A stretch of 63,861 bases of DNA, filler included, from an uncultured Methanosarcinales archaeon (GTDB lineage: Archaea > Nanobdellota > Nanobdellia > Woesearchaeales > JABMPP01), in assembly GCA_964604995.1 (NCBI GenBank). It is 6 parts of 6 records of this genome, joined end to end, with 100 filler letters (N's around TTAATTAATTAA, not from the genome) between each part and the next. Parts side by side here need not be neighbours in the genome. Positions count along the whole stretch, not along the records: positions 37,939 to 48,836 come from CAZSAD010000042.1; positions 48,937 to 59,795 come from CAZSAD010000043.1; 4 more parts are not named here. One strand, 5' to 3'. The translations under genes and the position numbers were made by a program. Position 1 is the stretch's first letter; every line of letters begins with the position of its first letter. Under the pieces are notes generated by a model. It saw only the letters and a list, made by a program, of their open reading frames with translations. It was not told the DNA's origin and searched no databases. Of this stretch, positions 48,415 to 59,073 are shown piece after piece.

Positions 48415-48618
48415 TTATTGCTTCTTGTGGTTTTGGTAGCAATCTTTGCAATAAACTGGCCTGCCTTCTGCTGGTTTGAAAGGGACTTCTGTCTCTTTTC
48501 CGCAATCGCTGCAGGTTACTTTGTGCATTTCTCTTGGGCCTCTATTAAAGCCGCCGCCTCTAAATCCGCCACTTCTAAATCCGCCGCCAAATCCTTGGCC
48601 GCCATCTCCATATGCCAT
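48415..48618 (-). CDS. CxxC-x17-CxxC zinc-ribbon protein with RGG-like N-terminus
   Basis: PREMHKVTCSDCGKETEVPFKPAEGRPVYCKDCY. Confidence 0.92.
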   Translation of the reverse strand: MAYGDGGQGFGGGFRSGGFRGGGFNRGPREMHKVTCSDCGKETEVPFKPAEGRPVYCKDCYQNHKKQ

Positions 48619-48836
48619 ATATATCACGTACTCCTTAGTTTATAACAGAAACAGTAATCCATCTCTGCTGAACAAGACTTTACTAGTTCTAAAAATTGAA
48701 AACAGCTTCAAATCTTGTACAATAGATTATAATCCTTTATCAGTATATAAAGATTTGGTATGTAGAGGAAAGAAACCTTGTAAAATTCAACAAGAGGGGT
48801 GAAATTTAATAAAAAATCCAATAAATAAGAGTAAAT

Positions 48837-48936
48837 NNNNNNNNNNNNNNNNNNNNNNNNNNNNNNNNNNNNNNNNNNNNTTAATTAATTAANNNNNNNN
48901 NNNNNNNNNNNNNNNNNNNNNNNNNNNNNNNNNNNN
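48837..48936. other. Artificial contig spacer
   Basis: Same linker. Confidence 0.98.
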
Positions 48937-48937
48937 G

Positions 48938-49135
48938 AAAGTTGGCTTGCCAGTCATTGCACTTTGCGATACTAATAACCAAGCAAATGGAATTGATTTA
49001 GTAGTTCCTTGCAATAACAAAGGAAAGAAAAGCTTAGGATTATTATTCTATATCTTAACAAGAGAATATCTAAAGAAAAAAGGTACTCCTGTTAGCGAAG
49101 AAGATCTTAAGATTGATCAATGGATGGAAGAGTAA
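48938..49135 (+). CDS. rps2: 30S ribosomal protein S2 (uS2), C-terminal fragment
   Basis: PVIALCDTNN...IDLVVPCNNKGKKSLGL; 5' end cut by the contig edge. Confidence 0.93.
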   Translation, partial: KVGLPVIALCDTNNQANGIDLVVPCNNKGKKSLGLLFYILTREYLKKKGTPVSEEDLKIDQWMEE

Positions 49136-49158
49136 AAAACTAAATCTTATAATTTTTT

Positions 49159-49827
49159 TTATTCTTTTTTATTTTTATTCACTAAAATTATTCCTTCTGT
49201 TTTAATTTCAAACATAACTTCTTTTCTTCCAATATCTTTTGGTTTTTTAAGTACTGCAATTTTTTTCTTTTTATCAAATTTTCTTAGTTCTATAATAAAA
49301 TTACTCATATAATCTAATACATTGCCTCCAACCATGGAAGCATCTTGGTTACCATTTGGATTTGAATGAGTTTCTGCAGTAATAATTATTGCAATGTCTT
49401 TTCTTCTTGAAATTTCATTTAAATAAGTTAATTGTACTCCTAAATTACGATTAATTATATAAGCATCTTTTTCCCCTTTTGCAAATTCTAATCTATAAAA
49501 AAAAGAAATTGGATCAATTATCAAAAGACCTAATGAAAATTTGCTTTTTCTTAATTGATTTAATAACCCTTCTTGTTCCTCAAAAGTTTTTGGTCTTATT
49601 ATTAAAATATTTTTTAATATCTGCTCATAATTACTAGGGGATAATTGTTTTATTCTTTCAGCTGAGAAATTTCCTTGAGGATCAATATAAATAATTTTTT
49701 GAGTATTTGCTTTTTCTATACAAGATAACATACAAAGTAAACTTTTTCCAGATCCAGCTTCACCATATATAGTTACTAATCCAAGCTGACCTTTTAACTC
49801 ACCAATTAATTGTTTTAAGATACCCAT
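49159..49827 (-). CDS. radB: DNA repair protein RadB-like RecA-family ATPase
   Basis: IYGEAGSGKS, YID..G.FS.ER..Q, IID.IS.FYR, GG..L.Y.S; no N-terminal HhH domain. Confidence 0.8.
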   Translation of the reverse strand: MGILKQLIGELKGQLGLVTIYGEAGSGKSLLCMLSCIEKANTQKIIYIDPQGNFSAERIKQLSPSNYEQILKNILIIRPKTFEEQEGLLNQLRKSKFSLGLLIIDPISFFYRLEFAKGEKDAYIINRNLGVQLTYLNEISRRKDIAIIITAETHSNPNGNQDASMVGGNVLDYMSNFIIELRKFDKKKKIAVLKKPKDIGRKEVMFEIKTEGIILVNKNKKE

Positions 49828-49883
49828 AATAGTAGCTTATTTAAGTAAATCTTTTTATATGCTTATGCTTTTTGTTGGTTATT

Positions 49884-51371
49884 ATGAAGAAGGAATATCC
49901 AGTGCTTGCAATTATATTTCTTCTGACCTTTGCAGGCAGACTATACTTTGCATTTAGCAATGATTACTTTGAATACGATGCTTATTTTAATTTAAGACAA
50001 TCAGAACACATTATGGATACAGGATATCCTGCATATAACGACCCTTATAGCTATGAAGGTAGGTTTTATACTTTTCTTCCAATTTTTCATTATTTACTTG
50101 CAGGATTTGGCATTCCATTCAATTTAGAATTAATGGCAAAAGTTTTACCTAATTTAATAGCTTCTTTACTTGGCGTTGTTGTTTATTTTATTGTTAAAGA
50201 TATAACAAAAAATCAACAGGCATCTTTATTTGGAGCTTTTATTGCAGGTTTTATTCCAATTTTTTTTGTCGAAACTTTTAATAGCATATCTACTCTTGCA
50301 GCTACAATTCCTGTAACTTTTTTTCTTTGTTATTGTTTTATGAACATAAAAACTAATCAAAAATTTGTAGTTTTATATGTAGTCTTTTTTATTGCACTAA
50401 CACTTTTACATCCTTCTTCTTTAGTTTTTGTCTTCTCTTTATTTTTTTATTTAATGCTCTGCAAAATAGAAAAGATTCCTATTTCAAATGGGGAAATTGA
50501 ACTTGCAATTTTTTCAATATTTTTTTGGATTTGGGCTAATTTAATGATTTATAAAAAAGCATTATTACAACACGGAATTTCGATTATTTGGCAAAATTTA
50601 CCACCTATGCTATATCAACAAAGTTTTGTAGGATTAAACATTATAGATGCAATTTTAAAAATAGGATTGTTGCCTTTTATATTCGGGTTGGTTGTAGTTT
50701 ACAAAGGTTTTTTTAGTGACAAAAATAAACACATCTATTTGTATGTGGCATTTGCATTTTCAGCAGCATTAATGCTATGGTTAAAAATAATTAGTCTTAT
50801 TTTGGGTTTTATTTTTTTAGGTGTTGTGCTAACAATCTTATTTGGTCAGTTTTATGCATGGTTTTTTGAGTATATTGAAAAAACTAAAATTTCTCATTAT
50901 AAACTATTTTTTTTAATTGGAATAATTACTGTTTTTACTTTAACTTCAGTTTTTACTTCATTATCCCAGGCAGAAAGTAGTGAGAATACTCAAAGCAAAT
51001 CTGAAGCAGATGCAATGCTTTGGATTAAAAATAATACACCCAAAGAATCAATTATACTAACTTCTCCAGAAGAAGGTCATTTTCTAACTTATCTTGCAGA
51101 AAGAAAAAATGTCGCAGATACTAATTTTTTACTAGTTTCAAACATTGATCAAAAATTAGCTGATATTAAAACTATTTATTCAACTAAATTTAAAACTCAA
51201 GCTATTTCACTTTTAAACAAAAATGATATCAGTTATATTTATGTTTCAAATACAACTAAATCAAATGAAAATATAAATAGTATCATTTACGAGGATGGAA
51301 ATTGCATACAAGAAGTCTATTCAAAAATGGATGTTAAAATATATCAATCTGGATGCGTGCTTAGCAGATGA
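49884..51371 (+). CDS. GT-C membrane protein with AglB/STT3-like ends
   Basis: DAYFNLR..EHI..G.P..DP.S..GR; about 11 TM helices; A.LWIK.NTP..S.IL..G..L C-domain. Confidence 0.75.
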   Translation: MKKEYPVLAIIFLLTFAGRLYFAFSNDYFEYDAYFNLRQSEHIMDTGYPAYNDPYSYEGRFYTFLPIFHYLLAGFGIPFNLELMAKVLPNLIASLLGVVVYFIVKDITKNQQASLFGAFIAGFIPIFFVETFNSISTLAATIPVTFFLCYCFMNIKTNQKFVVLYVVFFIALTLLHPSSLVFVFSLFFYLMLCKIEKIPISNGEIELAIFSIFFWIWANLMIYKKALLQHGISIIWQNLPPMLYQQSFVGLNIIDAILKIGLLPFIFGLVVVYKGFFSDKNKHIYLYVAFAFSAALMLWLKIISLILGFIFLGVVLTILFGQFYAWFFEYIEKTKISHYKLFFLIGIITVFTLTSVFTSLSQAESSENTQSKSEADAMLWIKNNTPKESIILTSPEEGHFLTYLAERKNVADTNFLLVSNIDQKLADIKTIYSTKFKTQAISLLNKNDISYIYVSNTTKSNENINSIIYEDGNCIQEVYSKMDVKIYQSGCVLSR

Positions 51372-52891
51372 AAACAAAAATTGCTTTGAAGAATAAACTG
51401 AAAAATAAACACTTAGATAATTTAAGTAAAAAAAAGACAAATTTTCAATTTCAATTGACTAATTTTTATGCTCTTTTATTTATTTTACTTTCATCTTCTT
51501 TCATACTTGCCATTCCACATACTATTCGATTTTTTCAATATGATAATGTTATGCCAGGAAGTATTTCATATTATAATACTAGAATGGCAGAAATGTTTGA
51601 ATCACAAGGTGTTATTAACTACGATTCTTTAAGCTATGGTGGAAGGCCCTATTTTTTTGATCCATATCATTTACTAATAGCCAAAGTTGGTAAATACATA
51701 TCCATTTTAGCAGCAACAAAATTAATACCTTTTATTTTAGGAGTTATTAGTTCACTACTCTTTTTTCTTATACTCAAAAATTTTGGCATTAGTGTCAAAC
51801 ACAATTTTTTGGCAACAATACTTTTTGTTTTTTCACCTATTTATATAGATTCATTTGTTTTTTCACAATCTTTTTCTTTTGCTATTCTATTATTTTTATT
51901 AGCTTTTTATCTTTTTATGAAAGAAAATATTTTTGTCAATTTTGTATCTATGATTTTATTTTTAACAATGCCTTTGTTTGGAATTGCACATGTAATATGT
52001 TCAACACTCTTAATTTTATTTTATGCTATTAAATATTCTAAAATGAAAAAGTTTTGGTGGGTATTTACTCCTGTATTGGTTTTTTCAATTATATATTTAA
52101 TACCCTTATATACTCAATATTATGTTCCAAATCCTTCTTTTGTATATCATAACTTATTTTCATTATTTATTTCGGGTTTAGGTATATATCCAGGTATTTC
52201 TTTGTTTTCAATCATATCCTTTTTCATAGCAATATTTATGACCTGGACACACAAGAAAGAATTGTATCCTATTTACTTGCTATCAAGTTTATTTATTATC
52301 GGAGCATTATTTATTAAAAGCTTTATATTATACCTTAATTTAATTGTATCCATATTTGCAGCAATAACAATTCTTAAACTTTCAAAAGCTAAATGGGAAA
52401 TCAAACTTATCAAAAATTTAACAATCTTAGTTTTGATATGTGGTATTTTATTTAGTACAGTTTCAGAAATTAGTATCATAGTAACTGCACAACCTGATAG
52501 TCAAATCATGTCAAGTTTAACTTGGCTTTCTAAAAATGCGGTAAATAGAAATGCTATTGTGTTAAGTCATTATTCAAATGGATATATTATAGAATATTGG
52601 AGTAAACTTCCTGTCTTTATGGATGAAAATTATAATTTTTATTCAGATGCACAGTTAAGGTATAACATTTCAAATGAAATATTTTATTCTAGAGATTTAA
52701 AGAAAACTAAAGCACTCATGAGCATTAACCATATAACCTATATTTACATAAATAATGAAATGAAAAGTGGAAAAGTGTGGGTAAAACCTGAAGAAGGACT
52801 TTTATTGCTTTTAAAAGATAATGAAACTTTTAATATGATTTACAACAATTCTGATAGTGAGATATGGCAGTTTTTACCAGACAAAAAGTGA
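51368..52891 (+). CDS. Paralogous GT-C membrane protein
   Basis: YYNTR..YDSLSYGGR; multi-TM; L.WL.KN..VLSH...GY.IEY C-domain. Confidence 0.75.
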   Translation: MKTKIALKNKLKNKHLDNLSKKKTNFQFQLTNFYALLFILLSSSFILAIPHTIRFFQYDNVMPGSISYYNTRMAEMFESQGVINYDSLSYGGRPYFFDPYHLLIAKVGKYISILAATKLIPFILGVISSLLFFLILKNFGISVKHNFLATILFVFSPIYIDSFVFSQSFSFAILLFLLAFYLFMKENIFVNFVSMILFLTMPLFGIAHVICSTLLILFYAIKYSKMKKFWWVFTPVLVFSIIYLIPLYTQYYVPNPSFVYHNLFSLFISGLGIYPGISLFSIISFFIAIFMTWTHKKELYPIYLLSSLFIIGALFIKSFILYLNLIVSIFAAITILKLSKAKWEIKLIKNLTILVLICGILFSTVSEISIIVTAQPDSQIMSSLTWLSKNAVNRNAIVLSHYSNGYIIEYWSKLPVFMDENYNFYSDAQLRYNISNEIFYSRDLKKTKALMSINHITYIYINNEMKSGKVWVKPEEGLLLLLKDNETFNMIYNNSDSEIWQFLPDKK

Positions 52892-53021
52892 TATTAACAA
52901 TTTTGTTATGAATTAACAATGTCTTTAATTATTAATTTACTATTCTAATACTTTCTACTAATAACGTATCATCAATTCTAAATGTTGAGAATAAGGATAA
53001 TACATATTTGTATTTGATTAA

Positions 53022-54398
53022 TTAATCAAGGGTTTTATTCCCAATCTTCTTTAGCATAAACCATTGCATTGGATATCTAAACAATGCCTTGAAAATACCA
53101 ACATTGACATAATATGTGACTACAAGTCCATAACTAAAGGAGGATCCTATCATTCTTAAGGTAAGTTTTTTATTTTTTGTTTTGTACAATGCAACTACCC
53201 CAGCTACTAAAAGACCACTTGTTAAAGCTATATTTCTTAGCATTTCATAGAAAAATCTTCCCCATTCAATTGGTGCTGGTTCATGCGTTATTAAACTTAA
53301 TATACCTGTAATAAAAAGGCAGGCTAGCAATACTGATAATAAATATCCAGTGCAAAAAACAGTTAACATATAAAATTTATCAGAAAATGTTAATTTTGTA
53401 CTGGTCATCATTTCTTTAAAATGTTTTTTCCAGGAATAGATAACCCCATATGCCCATCTCATTTGTTGTCTGCATAAATCCTTTAAAGTATATGGAACTT
53501 CACTGTCACATTCTAAATTTTCAAGATACTTGATTTTATATCCATTTTTTAACAATCTTAATGAAAATTCAATATCTTCAGTAAGATTACCAATTTCCCA
53601 ACCACCTAGTTTAATCAATGCACTTTTTCTTACAGCTTCAGCTGAACCACATAATACACAAAGTTCTCTTTTGTCATAAACATAAGGTATACTTATTTGA
53701 TGAAATGTGGAGATTATTGTTGTTCCTAAAACAGAGGTCATGTTTTGCTCTGAATTCATAAGTTTCCATCTAGCTTGCACTCCTGCAACCAAGTTATCTT
53801 TCATGAATGGCACAACTATTCTTTTTAAAAAATCAGATGTCGGCATAAAATCAGAGTCAAAAATTACTAAAATTTCACCATTGGAATACTTAAGCATATG
53901 GTTTAAATTGGCAGGTTTATATCCAATATTATTTCCTCTTCTTGTAACCTTAATTTCTGGGTGCTGTTTTGCAAATTGATCTATTTTTTTTGATATTTTA
54001 ATATCATTACTATCATCACCAATAATTATTTCATATTTATCTTTTGGATAATCAAATTCTAAACATTTTTTAGCACATCTTAGAGCAACTATCTCATTAA
54101 AAGTTGGAATTTGAATTGTTACAGTTGGATATGGTCCGTTATAAGAAAAATCTTCTTTCTCAGAATGCATTTTATTTTTCTTTAACAAGGTTACTATAGT
54201 CATAACTAAATACATAATTGATAATAAAATTGTTATGAACAATAATACATAAAAAATATGATCGAATATAACGTGCAAAAAATTCAAAATTGTTCTGGCA
54301 ATAGAATTATACCAGGCAAAGAATTGATTGATTAGTAGGATATTATTTTGGTTTGCCGATTTGATATACTCAACGACATTGATATTGAGCAAATTCAT
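53022..54398 (-). CDS. Processive GT2 (cellulose/mannan synthase-like)
   Basis: TIQIPTFNE, GDDS, GYK..LN, FDSDF, TED, QQMRW. Confidence 0.9.
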   Translation of the reverse strand: MNLLNINVVEYIKSANQNNILLINQFFAWYNSIARTILNFLHVIFDHIFYVLLFITILLSIMYLVMTIVTLLKKNKMHSEKEDFSYNGPYPTVTIQIPTFNEIVALRCAKKCLEFDYPKDKYEIIIGDDSNDIKISKKIDQFAKQHPEIKVTRRGNNIGYKPANLNHMLKYSNGEILVIFDSDFMPTSDFLKRIVVPFMKDNLVAGVQARWKLMNSEQNMTSVLGTTIISTFHQISIPYVYDKRELCVLCGSAEAVRKSALIKLGGWEIGNLTEDIEFSLRLLKNGYKIKYLENLECDSEVPYTLKDLCRQQMRWAYGVIYSWKKHFKEMMTSTKLTFSDKFYMLTVFCTGYLLSVLLACLFITGILSLITHEPAPIEWGRFFYEMLRNIALTSGLLVAGVVALYKTKNKKLTLRMIGSSFSYGLVVTYYVNVGIFKALFRYPMQWFMLKKIGNKTLD

Positions 54399-54476
54399 TT
54401 ATTATCACTTCACAATGGATATTTCATGACTTTATTATATATAATTATTACCAAATTTACTACATGCTTATTGTAT

Positions 54477-55721
54477 CTATTTCATATAATAACTCTTCTT
54501 CCAAAACCTGTGTTTCAGTAAGCTGATTAGAATAATGATATTTAAAACTATCGTAAAAGGGAAGTAAAAAAATACAGCTACAAGATTTTTAAAATTTATT
54601 TTATCATTGAATATTTTAATTGAAATTAAGCACATAAAAGTAGTAATAAGTCCGGATAAAACTCCAAATATGCTGTATATTGATATTCCGTTATTGGGTA
54701 TTCCATATATAACATAAAATGGCCCCATGAGGCTAAACCACTTGAATAAATAACTAAACACTGTAAAAAAATTTTGGGTATTGTAAGGAAGCCAAAAACT
54801 TACTTGATAAATTATTAATGGTAAAGATAAAAATGCATAAAATGACCACCAATAATGGCTTATAATCACAAATAAAGTTGATGGTGAAGATTTATGTGAA
54901 AACAATTCTTTATTCTTTAAAATTGCCTGTAAAGTGCCAATCCACCATCTAGACCTTTGATGATAAAATGCTTTTAAAGTTTCTGGAACAACAGTATATC
55001 CAAAAGCTTTAGGAGTTGTTACTGTGCGATATTTGTTCTTTCTAAGTTCTAATGCAACATCTTGGTCTTCTGCCATAGTATCTTTTTTAAAATAACCAAT
55101 TTCTATTAAGGAGGTTTTTCTATATGCTGCTAATGATCCTGAAAACCATATTCCATTTTTGAAAACTTTAGAAAAGCTACTTCTTATAAGATTGCTATAA
55201 TGGTATTCAACATTTTGGAATGCTGATAAAAATGTTCTTTTGTTTTTTACGTGATTATTACCAGTTGTTGCACCAACTGTTTTATCCATAAATGGTTTGA
55301 CAAGTTCTTTTATACAATCTTTATCAAGTATGGTGTCAGCATCAATTGTTACTAAAAATTCATGCTTGGATTTCATTCCTCCAAGATTTAAAGCTTCAAC
55401 TTTGCCTTGATGGTTTTGTTTTAATATTTCAACATTTTTGAATTTTTTTAATATTTTTAATGTGTTATCTGTTGATCCATCATCTACTATTATTATCTCA
55501 ATCTTCTTTTTTGGATAATTTGAATTTAGTATGGAATTTACACATTCTTCAATATTATTCTCTTCATTGTAAGCTGGAACTATAACACTTACATTGGGCT
55601 CAAAATGATTATCTTTTTTCTTAACAAAAACTGATGCAATAAAAATACTAAAAACAAATACTAAAAATACAAATAATACTCCAAAAAGAGTACTTGCTAT
55701 TAACATTATTGTGTCTTTCAT
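54477..55721 (-). CDS. Processive GT2 (IcaA/PgaC-like)
   Basis: VPAYNEE, DDGSTD, GK..ALN, IDADT, AED, QRSRW. Confidence 0.9.
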   Translation of the reverse strand: MKDTIMLIASTLFGVLFVFLVFVFSIFIASVFVKKKDNHFEPNVSVIVPAYNEENNIEECVNSILNSNYPKKKIEIIIVDDGSTDNTLKILKKFKNVEILKQNHQGKVEALNLGGMKSKHEFLVTIDADTILDKDCIKELVKPFMDKTVGATTGNNHVKNKRTFLSAFQNVEYHYSNLIRSSFSKVFKNGIWFSGSLAAYRKTSLIEIGYFKKDTMAEDQDVALELRKNKYRTVTTPKAFGYTVVPETLKAFYHQRSRWWIGTLQAILKNKELFSHKSSPSTLFVIISHYWWSFYAFLSLPLIIYQVSFWLPYNTQNFFTVFSYLFKWFSLMGPFYVIYGIPNNGISIYSIFGVLSGLITTFMCLISIKIFNDKINFKNLVAVFFYFPFTIVLNIIILISLLKHRFWKKSYYMK

Positions 55722-55872
55722 TGTGTCAATCTTTTATTGTTGTTCATTTTAGATATTTTAAGATACCTTAGGTTGTTTCAAGAGCTTTTTAAATGTTTTC
55801 TCTTAAAGATTATTATATCTTAATTAAAACCTAAATCATAATGCTAAAATAAACTCTATCAAAATGTAATAT

Positions 55873-56292
55873 CTATTTTACTAGAAAAGTTAGTCCCATG
55901 TTAGTGCATATATCATTACTACCATACAAACACATAATCAACCCTATTAAGGAGAATAATAATGGTAGTGTGCCTAATATTATTCCAGCTACAGCAAATC
56001 CTGTACCCCCATATTTACTATGGTCACTTTTGATTTCTTTTAAAGCTTTAATTCCAATTACTATTGCTACAATTCCAAAAAATAAATTTAACAATGGGAT
56101 CCAAAAAGTCAATCCAAATATAAACGAAATTATGGATGTAGTTTTTATTTTTTCGAATTGTGGTTTATCTAAAGAAATATTAGTATTGTTATTTGAATTA
56201 GGGGTATCTTTATATCTTTTTGATATTTTTTTACTCTTTTCTTTTCTAACTTGTTTTTTTGAAGACATTGAAGGTATTGATTTTGATGACAT
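55873..56292 (-). CDS. DUF4190-like membrane protein
   Basis: IISFIFG..GIVAIVIGIKALKEIK....GTGFAVAGIILG. Confidence 0.8.
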   Translation of the reverse strand: MSSKSIPSMSSKKQVRKEKSKKISKRYKDTPNSNNNTNISLDKPQFEKIKTTSIISFIFGLTFWIPLLNLFFGIVAIVIGIKALKEIKSDHSKYGGTGFAVAGIILGTLPLLFSLIGLIMCLYGSNDICTNMGLTFLVK

Positions 56293-56388
56293 TGTAACTG
56301 TGATTTTTTAGTTGTTTTTAATTCTTTTGTTTATTCAAACCTTATTTAGGGGGATATCTTTATAAATTAGAAAGATATCGATATTAAA

Positions 56389-56772
56389 ATGGTCTCAAGC
56401 CAAGATGTTGAAGTTACATGTAAAAGATGTAGCAATAAAACCTTAGTTAGGGATATGAAATATGATTTAAATGGCAAAGATTTGATTTGTGGCAGATGTT
56501 ATGAATTAAAAGTAGCTACTTCTAACAGACCAAAAATGGCAGGACATTTTGTCGAACCTGAAAAAATAGATATGAATTTTGTTAATTCAGAAGATGCAAA
56601 AAAAATAATAAAATATTATTGTACTAAATGTAAATTTAAATTTCAAAGAAAATTAGCTAATGGCATTCCAAAAACCTGCCCTTATTGCAATAAACCAACA
56701 GTTGTTAAACAATTTATTGGTTCAGCTGATAGTTTAATTAATGAATCCCTTGACAGAAAATATGAATTCTAA
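56389..56772 (+). CDS. Double zinc-ribbon protein
   Basis: Four CxxC motifs. Confidence 0.8.
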   Translation: MVSSQDVEVTCKRCSNKTLVRDMKYDLNGKDLICGRCYELKVATSNRPKMAGHFVEPEKIDMNFVNSEDAKKIIKYYCTKCKFKFQRKLANGIPKTCPYCNKPTVVKQFIGSADSLINESLDRKYEF

Positions 56773-56775
56773 TTA

Positions 56776-56826
56776 TTATTTTAATTATCATTAGTTATTT
56801 TAATTATCATTAGTTATTTTAATTAT
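56776..56826. repeat. 19-bp tandem repeat (about 2.7 copies)
   Basis: TTATTTTAATTATCATTAG units. Confidence 0.8.
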
Positions 56827-56885
56827 ATATTATTCTAACTTATTACAAGCTTAGCTTTATATATCTTTAAATATTCTTTTAAAGT

Positions 56886-57242
56886 ATGACAAAATTGATA
56901 GTTTCTCTTGGAGAAGGAAAAGGTTCTTGGGCACATATTTTAAAATTAGTTAATGGTCAGGAATGGGAACACATTTATTTTATTTCTGATGAATCTTATG
57001 CTGGTAAATTTACAACAGATAAACCTCATGATTATATACGTGTTGATGTAAAAAAACCCTTAAAACTTTTAACTGAGGATATTGCAAAACAATTAACTGG
57101 CAAAATCAACGATTTTGAAGTTGCTATAAATATAATTTCTGGAAATGGAAAAGAACACATGGCATTACTTTCAGCGCTTATAAAATTAGGATTTGGGATT
57201 AGGTTTGTTGCTTTTACTGGCGAAAAAGTAGACGAAGTTTAA
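56886..57242 (+). CDS. Small alpha/beta hypothetical protein
   Basis: GEGKGSW..V..ISGNGKEHMALLSA; possibly Rossmann/CARF-like. Confidence 0.7.
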   Translation: MTKLIVSLGEGKGSWAHILKLVNGQEWEHIYFISDESYAGKFTTDKPHDYIRVDVKKPLKLLTEDIAKQLTGKINDFEVAINIISGNGKEHMALLSALIKLGFGIRFVAFTGEKVDEV

Positions 57243-57305
57243 ACATAAATTTTCTATTAACTAAAAATAATTAGGAAATAAATTATTAAGATTAAAGATA
57301 AATTC

Positions 57306-57539
57306 TTAAGAAATGCTAGTTTTTTCTACTTCGACATTTTTTATTAGAAAAATGACTCTTATTATTGCAGCAATTGATAATATCATCACTAAAAAATCAA
57401 TCATTTCAGGACCAATGCCCATATTTATTATTGCAGTTTTTGTTTTGTAAGATGAATAACCCAAAAAGAAAATAAGTGTGAATAATACCATAAGTGATAC
57501 TAAAAATAGTGTTTCTTTATGCCTGTAAATTGTGCTCAT
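57306..57539 (-). CDS. Small two-TM membrane protein
   Basis: GGAGG SD; two hydrophobic helices. Confidence 0.75.
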   Translation of the reverse strand: MSTIYRHKETLFLVSLMVLFTLIFFLGYSSYKTKTAIINMGIGPEMIDFLVMILSIAAIIRVIFLIKNVEVEKTSIS

Positions 57540-57616
57540 GTAATTCCTCCCAAGGAGTATTATTAATATCTATAATTCTTACATCTATAAAAACTTTTCA
57601 GTTTTTGAGAAAAAAT

Positions 57617-58222
57617 CTATTCTTTTTGACTAACATACAACCAATACCCTGCCTTTTTTGCAGTAACTTTAAAATTTCCAAACCTCTCTTGCATTTTATT
57701 GGAAAGAACAATTCCACCTTTATTTTTTCTAGCGATTAATTGTAAAGTTCCTTTCTTGTTTAAATAATCAAATGATTTTATAATCATTTCAAAGCAGATT
57801 TCTCTTCCAGCATTTTGTGGTGGATTTAATAGGATTGTGTCAAATTTTTCTTTTACATTTTCAAATAAGTGTCCTGAAACTATGGAGGTGTTGTTTAATA
57901 CACCATTTAATTGTGCATTCATTTTTGCTAACTTTACAGCTCTTTCATTAATATCAGTCATAACAATACTGCAACTTGGAAAAGCTTTTGCAAACACAAT
58001 TCCAACTGAACCATAGCCGCATCCTAAATCAAGAATTTTCGAATTTTCATTTACAATTGCATAGTCAATTAACACTTTTGTTCCTTTATCTATTCTAGTT
58101 ATTGAAAAAATGCCTGACGAAGTATACAATTCTAATTCCATTGAACGAAGATTCGCTTTTATTTTTTTTAATGTGAAAGGTGATGTTGGCTCTTTAGAAT
58201 AATAATGGTCATTTTTATTCAT
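57617..58222 (-). CDS. Class I SAM methyltransferase (RsmC/MTS-like)
   Basis: HYYS..P, GIFS...IDKGT, ILDLGCGYG, DINERA, NPP. Confidence 0.9.
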   Translation of the reverse strand: MNKNDHYYSKEPTSPFTLKKIKANLRSMELELYTSSGIFSITRIDKGTKVLIDYAIVNENSKILDLGCGYGSVGIVFAKAFPSCSIVMTDINERAVKLAKMNAQLNGVLNNTSIVSGHLFENVKEKFDTILLNPPQNAGREICFEMIIKSFDYLNKKGTLQLIARKNKGGIVLSNKMQERFGNFKVTAKKAGYWLYVSQKE

Positions 58223-58295
58223 GTTTATATCTCTTTTTTTGAACTTACTTTTATAATCCTTATCAATTTATATTATCATACTACCTATTATAAAA

Positions 58296-59060
58296 TTATA
58301 CTATAATTTTATACCAGGTAAACAAAAGTTTATCTGTTGCTTTTAGCATTTCAACTTCATCGCCTTGTATTATAAGGCAATTTTTATCACTTATTACTTT
58401 AGTTTCTGTAGAATATCTAAAATATATTACTGGTTTATCTGCATTTTCACAAGTGATAATTGGTGCTAAGTAGCATCCTTGTGTTTCATTTACTGTACAC
58501 CCAACAGTTGGTTTTAAATCAAAAGTTTGAACTACATTAAAACTTAATTCTCCATTTGAAAGTGCAATATATTTTAATTTAGGATCTTTAGGATTAAATG
58601 TTATGTAAAATTCATTGCTATAATTTTGCATTATCAATCTTCCAAAAGAGAGAATGTCTCCTTCAATTGGTACATATTCTACTTCTCTTGGTGAATAATG
58701 AAAAGGGGCAGTAAAAACAGTATTACCTTTCTGAAGTTTGGTATACCATAAATCATCTAATTTAACAAATACAAATCCTTTATACATATAACCATTAGCA
58801 CTTTCTTTACCATCTAAAACTTCTTGATACAATCCATCAATGTTATTGCTTTGTTTAATTGCCTTATACTTAATCCAGATAATAAGCAATATCAAAACCA
58901 CGAAGAAAAGCATAACATAACCAATGACTTTGAAGAGTTTATTTTTATCTTTACTATTGGCTTTTTTTATTTTGATAGAGTCATTAGAATCACTTTTTTT
59001 CTTTAGATTTTTCTTAATTTTAGAAACATCATTTTTTTGTAAAGCCATAAAGACACCCAT
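58296..59060 (-). CDS. Membrane-anchored extracellular protein
   Basis: TM; Y.GF.F, P..VE, YITF.P, ITCEN..PVIY, NC.I..G, D; paralog of the next gene. Confidence 0.75.
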   Translation of the reverse strand: MGVFMALQKNDVSKIKKNLKKKSDSNDSIKIKKANSKDKNKLFKVIGYVMLFFVVLILLIIWIKYKAIKQSNNIDGLYQEVLDGKESANGYMYKGFVFVKLDDLWYTKLQKGNTVFTAPFHYSPREVEYVPIEGDILSFGRLIMQNYSNEFYITFNPKDPKLKYIALSNGELSFNVVQTFDLKPTVGCTVNETQGCYLAPIITCENADKPVIYFRYSTETKVISDKNCLIIQGDEVEMLKATDKLLFTWYKIIV

Positions 59061-59073
59061 ATTTAATAACTAT

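Noticed and set aside
56776..56826. Short tandem repeat as a possible CRISPR array
   Set aside because: No spacers, under three copies, AT-only; no cas genes.
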